A DNA stretch of 64,000 bases. Origin: Laetmonice hystrix (Eukaryota). A program made the translations under genes and the position numbers. Positions within the stretch are counted from its first letter, which is position 1. Each line of letters begins with the position of its first letter. Location of the stretch: contig OZ249436.1 in the NCBI GenBank assembly GCA_965235115.1, positions 43,898,001 to 43,962,000 of the forward strand. The letters are read 5' to 3'. Shown here one piece after another: positions 14,691 to 26,800 of the stretch. The notes beneath the pieces were generated by a model. It was not told the DNA's origin and made no database searches. It saw only the letters and a list, made by a program, of their open reading frames with translations.

Positions 14691-17600
14691 ATGAGCGTGC
14701 GAACCTACAACCCTTCAGTACGGGTAGGAAACTGGAATGAAGACATACAGCTAGAAGAGGTAGGTAGCCTTGCAAACTGGCCCGGCTGTTTTGTTTACGG
14801 TGTTTCGATTGATCGCTGCCCCCGCCAGTCCCGGGGATTGCCACGACCGGGGAGAAAATTGTGCAGCACTTGGCGGATGGGGGAATGTAGTGCACTCAGA
14901 GTAGGAGGTGTATCATCATCATAATATAGTCTTGTAGAATATTATACATGCCATAACAAACAGATCTATTTGTCACTGGAACTGTAACGTTATGGCTGGG
15001 TCTTATAATTATTGTGATTTAACTGATATTGCACAGTACTTCCCCCTTACCTGCCTGGCTTTGGCTTAGCCAGGCTGCAGCATGCAGGACCCCTTGCCTT
15101 GGCTTGGCCCTGGCCCTGAGCTGGGCTTGGCTGAGGGGGCTGAGGGATCTGCCACGTGGGGGGTCCAAGGGGGTCAGGACATTCCCTTAGTCCAGGGACC
15201 TAGACCCTGTTTCTGCTAGTTTGTTGTCAACAGATACAGACTACATATCAGATATCAGACTCTGGCTTGTTGGAGTAGACATTCCGTTTGCTTGCCTTTG
15301 GCATTAATTTTCCTCCCTTTTTTTTCTCCTTTTCCCATGATAGACTAAGACAGAGCTTTCTGAATAAATTAACCATGTTGACCCCCCCCCCTTTTAGCAG
15401 ATTCCCCCTGTCGACCCCCTCTCTTTCCAAATTCCTGGATCTACCCCTGTACTGAATAAATTTTCTGAAGTCTACATTATGAGAATATACTTCAATTGTT
15501 TCATCAGGATGCATTAAAGGACTTTCTGGAAAGAAAAGATAAAGGCCAACTTCTCATCCAGAAGTCTTCTGAACTGAAGAACAACATCCTACAGAAAGTA
15601 AGAGCTTCTCCTATCTCCTGTAAATTCGCAACTACTGTTGAAAAGAAATACTTGAAGATGTGAATGATACAGAGTATTGTGACAGTACAAGAGATACCAT
15701 AAGGCTAATCACCAAATCAAAGAGCCATCAATAATTGACCTAACTATTTTCAGGTGGACCTCAGTATTGCGCGCGATGGCTATGTCCATTTTGGTAATGT
15801 TGTCATGCTGCTGAACCCAACACCCAAGGACGAAAGTCGTAAACAGAGTGCTTTCAGTATGAATGTCACCAGGGGAACTTCTGGTACGGTGCCATGTGGC
15901 GTGACAAGCAGTGGGAACACATCGCCCTGTGCACGCAACGCAATGCTCATCACAAGGTAACCTCACAACTGGCAACATCTGTTAGTTTTTTTATTCAGTA
16001 AAAAAAATAATACAAATGACCCCCCCCCCCAATAAATAAACAAACAAACAAACCTGAAAACAACAATCAAAGACAAAATAAAGTTCATTTATTACAGATT
16101 GACTCATTTTTACACCTTTCCTATTGTGACATCAATAATCAGACTTATCTAAACGATCTGTGAATATAATTTATGTTTTCTGTTGTAGTGCGGATGGAAC
16201 AGCTGAGGGAGGAACCTTGAAATATGGCCAACCCTTTTACTTGAGAACTGCCAGTGGAGAGGTAATTATAGAATTTTAATTTTTCTAAAACATCAGACCA
16301 TATACTCATCCCCACGCATATAGATATGATGAGGCCAGATGCTACGATTCCTATTGTTGTAGGTTGTTTCCGGGGTGAGGGCCTGTCTTGGGGGATAAGG
16401 GGCGGCCCATTTGATACCTGGTGGGGCTATGGTTTTTCTTCATGAGCAAATTTTTTTTTGCCCCTAGGCCGAAGCTATCTTTTTATTTCACTATGACCGT
16501 TAACCTAACTATTTTGCCCCCATTTCGACACTGTTATTTTTCCTGTATTTGGTGAACAGATTATTTTTGTCAGAAAAAGCCATAGCCCCCCCCCCCCCCC
16601 AGGTATAAAATGGTATGCCCCTAATCTAATGGATACATTTTCTAAACTTCTTTCAGGTAAACAACAATTCCTACACATTGTGCATATTTGATGTCCTCTG
16701 TTACCAAAAGTGAAATATCAGGTTGTATTTTTTACTTCAGTTTTATGTGTCAAGTGACATTGCTACATTCCAAAAAGCAGCGAAGAAATCCCGCCATAAT
16801 GAGGTGACATTGGTGGACGAGCCGTCACACCTGACCGCCTGGAAAATCCTGCCCTTTGACCCCCAGTACCGGTTTGAGCTGGAGAACAATCCGGTCCCGG
16901 TAAGCAACTCACGCCATCTGTCGGTCCAGCCTTTGGTGCTGCCACCTGGCGTGTTTTTACTATAGTGACGTGAAAGCTGCAGTCATTCTACCAAAGCCTA
17001 GTATTGATAAAATATGCAACGGAAGGTGAGGGTGAAAATTGAAGAAACTTGATTGTCAGGTTGTTTCCGTTTACGGGTAGCCTTTTTCGAGATCATGGGT
17101 CAGCCTAAGCTGGTTCTCGGCTCACTCGCTAGGGGGCTCTGGGGTCGACGCGAGAGCCCCCTAGCGAGTGAGCCGAGAACCAGCTTAGGGTCAGCCAAGA
17201 CCCAACCCAAATCTTGGATTTCCCGGTAGATGGCAGCTTAGATATCTAGAAAGGGTTTTGCGGCTTGACCTTTGGCCACCAGGTGGCGTATGTGCGCATT
17301 ACACGTAGGAAAAAGAGACGAAAGGTATTACATTGACAAGTAGGCCTACATATATGTTTTATTTCCAGGCAAATGCAAACGTTATCATCGTCCATATCAA
17401 GACAAACCAAGCCTTGTGCATGGAACAGGATCAGGCGATCAGGTATGGAGACAAAGTTCACGGAGTAAATTCAGTAAGGTCGCATACACGACATGAAGTC
17501 AAAGTGATTCATGCTGGCAATGGATTGTTGGTGCTTGTCGCGATCGTAACTGCGACGCGACCGGTACAGCGGCGCGACTGGTACAGCGACGCGACTGGTC

Positions 17601-17875
17601 TAGCTCGTTCTGTACACAAATTCTCTCCTGATCACTTTATAAATCAAGTTGATATTCCTGTTCAGGCTGTGTCAGTGATGTCATATCCTTAGAATATTAA
17701 TGTTTTATTTGTTTTATTTGCACTCATTTTCAGTACATTGTTTGGGCGGGAACATGAGATGTCCACCTTCACAAACCTAGACACTCACAAAGCTGAGAAG
17801 GATTGTAACCATTGGATGATTATGATGAGTGTACCTGGCGATTCATCCATGCCTGTAGACGCCCCAACGGAGTAG
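14691..17875 (+). CDS. CFAP161: Cilia- and flagella-associated protein 161-like, 7 exons, 269 aa
   Basis: Exons 14691-14759, 15508-15597, 15754-15956, 16189-16261, 16741-16899, 17369-17442, 17734-17875 (810 nt, phases consistent). Motifs YNPSVRVGNWNED, DGYVHFG, PCARN, LKYGQPFYL, W...DPQYRFELE..PVPAN, NHW match the family as I recall it. Confidence 0.88.
16398..16622. mobile_element. MITE (Kolobok-like) in CFAP161 intron 4
   Basis: AGGGGCGGCCCATTTGATACCTGG..GGGGCTATGGTTTTTCT versus AGAAAAAGCCATAGCCCC..CCAGGTATAAAATGGTATGCCCCT, imperfect TIRs. Confidence 0.7.
17106..17187. mobile_element. 82-bp hairpin MITE with 35-bp perfect arms and TSD
   Basis: Arms 17106-17140 and 17153-17187 are exact reverse complements; flanking direct repeat GGGTCAGCC (17097-17105, 17188-17196). 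Confidence 0.88.
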
Positions 17876-18609
17876 TGTGCTTGACAATAATTAAACTAAT
17901 ATGATATTTACCATTTGTATTAAAATCCGACAGCTTATACGATAAAATGATTTACGGGAAAATCCCACATTAGCATTGGACATGTGAAAAAATTTATTTA
18001 ATTGCTCTTCTAGCTCTTACACATTATCATGTTTAAAGTGCTGGTTGCCATGGCAATGGTTGCATCATGATCACGTGTTCAGTTCTTATTAAAGTTTGTA
18101 CAGCCTTGAAGTTGAACGAAAGTCTCATAATATTGTGCCGATATTTCTAGTATGTACAGATCAGGCTGCGTTCCGCAGTTCTAAGTTCAGCGAAACTGTT
18201 AAATATGTAAATTGAATTATTTATTGAGATATAATCGCTTCAGTATTGTTTACATTAGAAAAAATCATAAAAACAGCTTGATACAGTATAATGAATGCGT
18301 TAATGACTCGCTACGTTCGGTTGAAGTCATATTTTCACGATGGGAAGAAAAGGATCAAGCCATTAAAGTCAGTCTTAAAAACCACACAGAATCGTTTCTT
18401 CTTGTCGTAATCAACAAATTGTTTATTTTCTTTGAACATCACAGGTTTTTGCCAGTATCCAAGTTGCATTGCGTTGTATTTCGAGTCTGAAATTTAGAGT
18501 TGTTTGAGGCAAGAATTGTGGTCTCTAAGTGTTCAGGGCGAATGTCTGCCACCTCGACCATTCAGCCATATCTTCCACCACTGATGTCTGGCTTACCATA
18601 GAGAATTTG

Positions 18610-18765
18610 TCGGATACCACTTGGCGTATACTACTTGTCGGATACCACTTGGCGTATACCACTTGGCGTATCCCACTTGTCGTATACAACTTGGCGTATA
18701 CCACTTGGCGTATCTCACTTGGCGTATACTACTTGTCGTATACCACTTGGCGTATACCACTGGCT
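18610..18765. repeat. 14-15-bp tandem repeat
   Basis: TACCACTTGGCGTA and variants, about 10 copies. Confidence 0.9.
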
Positions 18766-20887
18766 TGTAACACAATTACTAAGTAAAGATACGATACATC
18801 TCAGGCCGGCACATCTCGACAACTATTTCTATTTATTCCGTTTTAAGAGACAACTCTAAGTTTACCTCCATACCCGTCAGATAAACAATTAATACATGTA
18901 GATATATGTATTGTTTTAAAAAATATGTATGAAGTAACGATATTCCGCTCGTGTAGGTAACATCTTTATTAAAAACACCGCTAGTACACGTGACAACTAT
19001 GTCTGGAAACTTGGACCGTTTTCCTGTGCCGACGTTTACTTGACAACTTAGTGTTTTCATAGGTTCATGTCATGGACACCATGTGTTACATGCGAGGTAC
19101 ACTATATTTGTAAATTAATTTCTGGATATCCCAAATCGACTAACAAATAATATCTACGAGCAATTACAGTATACGATCTGTTATTGGTTTTGATATACAA
19201 TTCTAGACAGTTTTGACTTCGTAGTAATTTAACCTTTAACATAATACACACGAATATAATTTTATTTGATCTAGTCTTCATGCTAATGGTACTGGTATCT
19301 ACAGAATCATTTTAGCTGAAACATTATACTAGTAATTCAATCTTTGAATGGCCACTTTTCCCTCATGAGTATGTCATACGACCATTTGGGTGCTGCCGAT
19401 CTGAATTTTAAAAAAGGACACGTGATGGCCAATGGACGTAAATGACCTTATGCTAGATTTGGTGGGGGTGGGCGGTCATCATCACGCGCCAATATCTCAT
19501 CCAATCACAACGGAGATGCTACTTCCGGCGATATCACAATCCTAGAGCATGATGGGAAGTTTCATACACCATTACGGACACATTATTGTCATTCTGCCAT
19601 CGCCACGACGTCAGAAGTCCAAGTCTCAATGATATTACGTCATCCATTCTAATAATTGTCTAGAGATATTACATAATAACCGTTCATAAATTACGTAACG
19701 TTAAAGCAATCCATGTAACGAATCCTCATGTTAACAGGCTCTATAACGTACCCCACTGCTTGGCCTAACTAGCGGGCAGTGACGGCATTTTTGAACATTG
19801 CATTTCTATATTTTTCAACAGCTGTAAACAATACATTCTACCCCACTGGGTGCCGGCGATTTCATTTATCAAATACACCCTGACCATCATGACATTGTAT
19901 GCATGACCTCATTTCATATCCTCGGCATAGACCATCCTGACCCCTTCACAAATGGAAACAATAAACCCCTGGATGATAAATAAGGAAATTCTATCAAATA
20001 ATACACATTTCCTATGATTCTGTGTAAATAACGTATAGTTTGTACATCATTGGTTCTGCAATACCCTCCCATATATATACTCAGCACCCTCCAATTGTTG
20101 AACGATCCACTTATCAAAAAAATATAAAAAATATAAAAAAAACCCGGTCGACTGGTGCCATGACTTACGGCTCATCACCAATCAGGGATACTGGACTTGG
20201 TGCACTGGACTTGGTGCACTGGAATTGGTGCATTCACTCTGAATGGTACCAACAGTTCAGTACAAACATGTTAAAAGTAATCGTAGAATAGATAAGCCCA
20301 TATCTGGGGATCTCCAGCCCACTATATGCGTTGAAACATGAATACAATATGTACATATGAAGATATCTTCACCGTAGCGAAGTAACAAGTGAGCGTGTAC
20401 TGTCGACAATTTTGTTAATGATATTTGATTGCTGACACAAGTAGCACAGACCAGGGCAGTCTCTGGTTATGTGGATGTGTGTACCAGCGTTAACACAGCT
20501 AGCAAAAGACTTTGGTATAATAAACACAAAATCACGGTTAACCAGCTCCACAACGGTACACCTACAAATGTTTTTCTCGAAGGTTCATTATCCATTCTGT
20601 GAATACTCAAACACGCTATCCCGTACTGACGGCACCCTTGGCGCATGGATCATCTGGGTGTCCTATTGACCCGTTCATTGCTTACATGGGGAACATCCTT
20701 TTTGTTCCTCTCGATTCTGACGCCATTATTGGGATAGGGGCTCTCCTGTCCTAAAACGTGGCTCTGTCCTGCTTTTCCTGTCTCTCTGGTCCTCAAATCC
20801 TTGGGACCTAGTTGTAGGCGACCGCCGGCGGTGGCCTCATCTCCAAACCTCAGTCTCCCGACTTAATGGTGCGAGTCGGTGGTGGAC

Positions 20888-23800
20888 TCAAGCTAGTGAG
20901 TCAGTGGTGGTGGTTGCGTTGGATACCCTGTCACTTGGAGTCGAATTGGGCACCGTACCGGAACCGGAACCGGAACGGGAACCGGAAGCGTGGTTGGCGT
21001 TCCCATCGCCAAGGTCAATATCAAGGTCGTCGGGGAAGTCGGCGGCGTCAAGGATGAGCGAGCCGGGAGAGATGCCAGGGGGAGGATGGTGAAGAGTGAT
21101 GTCACTGTCCGGCCCCACGTGCAGGGCCGTCACATTATCCAGAGCGGGTAGTATCCGCGGGTTATCGTACGAGTTGGGAGCGATACCTCCCGTGTGGTAT
21201 GATGGCGGTGCTCCACGCTCCGTGGCCGGTGGCTCGCTCCACCGCAGACTACCGGCCGTGCCGATACTATCGGCGTCTGATACCGTCTCAGGTGTCTCGG
21301 AAACCTCCGAGAGGTCATCGTAGGTGGCACTCATTCTGGGAATGGGTCCCATCCGACCATCACCCTGGAGTCGGGCGAAACTCAGGAATACCTGGCGGGA
21401 ACAAGTGACAAAAAGACACTGGTCATTATAAGGACGCCTTGGAACAGAGAATCGGCCTGGGTGGGGCCTGATAAAATATCACGGTAGACAAATGACACAC
21501 TTATGTCGAATATCAGAGCCTCTGTAGGAGATTGAGATTATGTAAGTGTTTTGCAGATTGATGACGTAATATGCCTGTTTATACAGGGGTAACGGTTGTT
21601 TACCTGGTCGAGTGTTTATACAGGGGTAACGGTTGTTTACCTGGTCGAGTGTTTATACAGGGGTAACGGTTGTTTACCTGGTCGAGTGTTGTCTGGGACA
21701 CACTGTAGTTCTCAATGTTGAGATGACGTTTCTCCTCTTCTAGCCGACCGAATAGATGTGCCAGGGTACAGCCTCTCGACGGGACACCAAACTCCAGATT
21801 ACTTAAATGTTGGTCCTGTGATGGCGGAAGATAACATGGGGATTATAAGTTGTATACACTTATTACGATTACAGCGAGAGTCTATGAGCCTACATTCGAA
21901 AGACATCTTATCAAACTCTTTTTAAATCTGCGAAAGTGTCACCATGTAGGACAGCAGCAGAACAAGGCGATATCGTTTTCAAAAAGATACTCCGGACTAT
22001 GCTTTATGAGGGGCCGGGGGACCTCTTCATGTATACATGTACTTCAGATTGATGATTATTATGACATTGGTCTCACCTTGAGTCGGGTTATTATGACATT
22101 GGTCTCACCTTGAGTCGGGTTATTATGACATTGGTCTCACCTTGAGTCGGGTTATTATGACATTGGTCTCACCTTGAGTCGGGTTATTATGACATTGGTC
22201 TCACCTTGAGTCGGGTTATTATGACATTGGTCTCACCTTGAGTCGGGTTATTATTGGTCTCACCTTGAGTCGGGTTATTATGACATTGGTCTCACCTTGA
22301 GTCGGGTTATTATGACATTGGGGTCACCTTGAGTCGGGTTATTATGATGTTTGGGTCACCTTGAGTCGGGTTATTATGACATTGGTCTTACCTTGAGTCG
22401 GGTTATTATGATGTTTGGGTCACCTTGAGTCGGGTTATTATGACATTGGTCTCACCTTGAGTCGGGTTATTATGACATTGGTCTCACCTTGAGTCGGGTT
22501 ATTATGACATTGGTCTCACCTTGAGTCGGGTTATTATGACATTGGTCTCACCTTGAGTCGGGTTATTATGACATTGGTCTCACCTTGAGTCGGGTTATTA
22601 TGACATTGGTCTCACCTTGAGTCGGGTTATTATGACATTGGTCTCACCTTGAGTCGGGTTATTATGACATTGATCTCACCTTGAGTCGGGTTCCTGGGAA
22701 GTTCCGTCTCATGAACTCCTTGACCCGGCGTAGGTTGGGTTTTCTCCCACCAACGCGAGCCGTCACTGTGTATCCTGTGCCGAATCTAGAAAATGGACAA
22801 CATCAGACGCCGTCAGTGACCCCACATATATATATACACAATATTAATGGTGGCACATGAGTTAGTGCTGGGGGTTTGTGTCGTGTTGGCAACTCAGGTC
22901 ATAATCGCACAGACAAAATCAAGCTGGAACATTGCACAGTAAAAGGAACCTGTTGTCTTCAGGATCATCGTGGGACATGGGAGGCATATACGCATACTGT
23001 TTGTGGATAATATGAAGGTACTCACTTGTTTTTAAGATGTTGGCTGCTGCCCAAACACATAAAGTTTCCGTTCACCATGATGGCCATACGTGTACACAAG
23101 GCGTCACATTCTTCCATGCTGCAATGTTGAGAAATCCGCATGAATCATCAGCAATAAGAACTAATTAAGGGATGGGCTGCTGCCCTTCCCTCCAATCACA
23201 GCAACGGGATTCTTGAAATACTATAAATGTTTTAAATGGGCAACTACGCAGGTGTTCTTTCAAGAACAATTAGCCCAGGAGAACGCTCCCTGTTTTGTGA
23301 AGGGGGGGGGGGGGGAGGTACATCGCCCAGGATAACTTAAATCCCACGAAATTTGGTAGAAAGTAAAGGTCCATGGCCCTGACCTTATCCCTAACCCCTA
23401 AACCCAGTCCCTACACCTCCCAAAAACATATCCCTATCCTGGGGGTGGGGGTGGTTAACTAAAATTACTCTGTCTTCCATATAGCCATGAAGATTGGCGT
23501 CGCTAGGAACTTTTCCAGAGCTGTCTGCACATACTGCATACACAAGATGAGCTAAGTTTTGTGTATACCCAGGCGGTTCGGTTTAGACCTACCTGTCAGA
23601 GGTGAGGATCTGTGTATACCGTGGGGGTTCGGTTCAGACCTACCTGTGAGAGGTGAGGATTTGTGTATACCGTGGGGGTTCAGTTCGGACCTACCTGTGA
23701 GAGGTGAGGATTACGGATCGTTTGTCCTTAACGACCTTCAGGATGTTGTTCCAGACCAGTCGTCGAGTACCTGGGTCCATACCCGTGGTAGGCTCGTCCT

Positions 23801-26800
23801 GAAAACAGCAACATAATTATGAAATTATTTCTAAGCATCCAATAAAATTATTCCGTATAATTACATGGTTTAATACAAATAGATAACGGTTGTACTCGCC
23901 GATGAAGGGCCACAATCAAATTTTTTTGCCTAGATAATTATGTTGCTCAATTCATTGAGACACGAGGTTGTCTAAGGGTATATTGAGGCATGCAGTGCCA
24001 CTTTGATTTATCTATGACGTATGTGACGGCATGATCAGTCCCTGAGGAGGTGGATGACGTAGCGTGATGTTATTATGACGTACCAGTAGCACCAGGTCCG
24101 GGTCGCCCAGCAGGGCCAGGGCTGTCGACAGTTTCCGTTTGTTACCAGCGCTGTACGTTCTCACAGTGTTACCTATGTATTGCTGGAGTTTGAACTTCGA
24201 TATGATCGAGTGAAGAATCTGGAAATTACAAAAGTAAAGCGTCAGATTTTAGCGAAAATATTAAATATCGCTTAATCTCGGCTCCAATAATGTGACTCAC
24301 AGCGGTAAAAGGGGAGGCATGAACATGGTACCCACTAGACCAAGGCTATGTCCTTGAAAACTATTTGATTTTGAGTCAGTTATCTAACTCTTATTGACCA
24401 TCCTAGAAATTTGTATCTCGGTTAACATATTTTCACGATGACGTTACGAGAGACAGGCCTACTCACCGGAGGGATCTCTGCTTCTGGGATACCCTTCAGT
24501 CGGCTGTAATAATAAACCATCTCCTTGCCCGTCAGGTAGTCGTCCAGGGCGTCAAACTGGGGGCAATATCCTACGTTCTGGTCCATCTGACTGACATCTT
24601 CCGAGATTCTGAACCCAGGAAACAAACATTATTATAGAGGAGTGAGTGATTACATCGGGTAACACACCCTGTTTACTTTGGTTGGTGGAAGGCCTGACCT
24701 ATTATAGAGGAGTGAGTGATTACATCGGGTAACACACCCTGTTTACTTTGGTTGGTGGAAGGCCTGACCTACCGACTACGGACTGGCTGACTTGAGTTGT
24801 ACTTACACTTTCTGGTTGAGGATGGCGGCTCCACTACTTGGTCGGATCTCACCGGTGATCATCTTAAAGGAGGTCGTCTTCCCGGCACCGTTTACACCCA
24901 GTAACCCGAAACACTGGAAAGAAGACACAACTACTGCAAAAACAGCGATAATTCCCGGCCATTTATGGACTGTTTGCTTGGTTTCCTACTCCAGGCACTG
25001 CTGCCCTAGTTCTATTGGCTTCCAATCGAAGGTGAAATGTCTTCAAAAAGTTCCCGTTCTCTCGTACTTTCTTGGTGCTTTTGAATTGAAACGACGCAAA
25101 TCACTTTGGAAACTCGGCATTGGGTAACACTGAAATATGGTTTGTTGGGTTCCAGCAGGTGCTGGATGAGGTTGTTTAGCAATACTCACCTCTCCACGGG
25201 GCACTCCGATACATAGGTTGTCGACGGCAAGAATCTTCTGGAAGCGGCGTCGATAAAACTGCAAAAGTTAAATCCAACAGTTCAATCAAACTGTCTGTAC
25301 ACGTGTCCACGAGTTAGGGAAGTGGTAGTTTCGCCCTCTGCTTCAGGAATTGACAGGGGGATAACACGATGATTTGAACTTGTCTGGTTTGGGTATAGCA
25401 CCTGTGTGCATAGATCTATTGTTTCATCGGGTCCCAGGGGGTTTTGTCATTAAATGATCAAGAGACCCAATGCTTCTAATGCACGTGATTCACTTGCTTT
25501 GCGATGGCTTCCGCGCGTCTACGATTTTTTCTCTCTCGGAAGCTTCGGAAGTACGTAAAAGTGCTCGGCCGCGTAAGGAATCGTAGGCTTGCGTAACCCG
25601 CGTAAGCACTCGTAAGAAAATCGAAAAGCATAATCCACGTGTAGGGTCTTAAGAGTTCTTCCGATTGTCAGAGGACATCAAAATGGAGCCCGAGGAAGTC
25701 GCACTAATTGCCAGAAATGGAAGAAGTTTTTGGGTTCGCTTTAGACCTTCCGCGCTCTTCCGAGTGCTTACGAACTCTTTATGCATCTTCCGTTATCTTA
25801 TGCGAGGCCACGCGCACTATGCACTTTTCCGATAATATCTAACATTTTTAATCTGCTCGTAAGGAGGTCCCGAGAGTGCGCTGGCACTCGTAAGACGTCT
25901 GAAGCCCTCGGAACACTCGTGAACTCTAACACTTAAAATGCTTGCGTGTATTCCCGATTTGGATTTTTTTCCTCGGAAGAACTCGTAAGACCGCATGCAC
26001 AAGGGGTGAATCGGAAGCATCGCAACGCAAGTGGATCACGTCCAGGAGTCTGTAGGAGTCCGAGTTCTTTAATGCTAAGTGTTAATTTTTGTCTTCATGC
26101 TGATTTAATTTCTCCTTATGGATGTCATCTAGTTGATGTACTTGACCAAAGAAGCGTCACCGACCTTGGTCAGGTTGTAGAGCGTGAGAAGACCGTTATT
26201 AGCGCCTCCTGTAACCACACGCTGGCGCTCCAGGCCGACGTCACCGTCTTCGCGGTAGTCAGCTGGACGCTTGGCCCTTCTGTAACAAACAACACACCCA
26301 CATTACATCTTCCTGTAACAAACAACACACCCACATCACATCTTCCTGTAACAAACAACACACCCACATTACATCAACCTGCCCAAAAGTCCCAGGGGGC
26401 AGTGTCCCTTGGACATAAACCAGAAGGGCCTACCGCGTGATAGCGCGTCTGGGTTACAAAAATGGAAATCCTATTACCCCCCTTGCAGGCTACGGCCCTG
26501 ACATTATGAATGTATCTGGGCCATATGTGATAGTTCGATACCAGGAAATTGTACATTTGTGTTCTCATAATGTAGGGAAATGAACTATTCTTTCTGCGTG
26601 GGAGAGTATGTACCCGATCCCGTAGCATAGCTTTGCAGCTCCGGTGGTTGGAGTTATTTCATTGCGCCCATACTTTACTAAAAGCTAACTACACACCTGA
26701 TGGCTAAATATACGATCGACAGGGATCATACAGGCAAAGCTACACTTTTTTACACGTCAGTGAGTCCCAAAACAAACGACCTAACAATAGAGCGTCTGAC

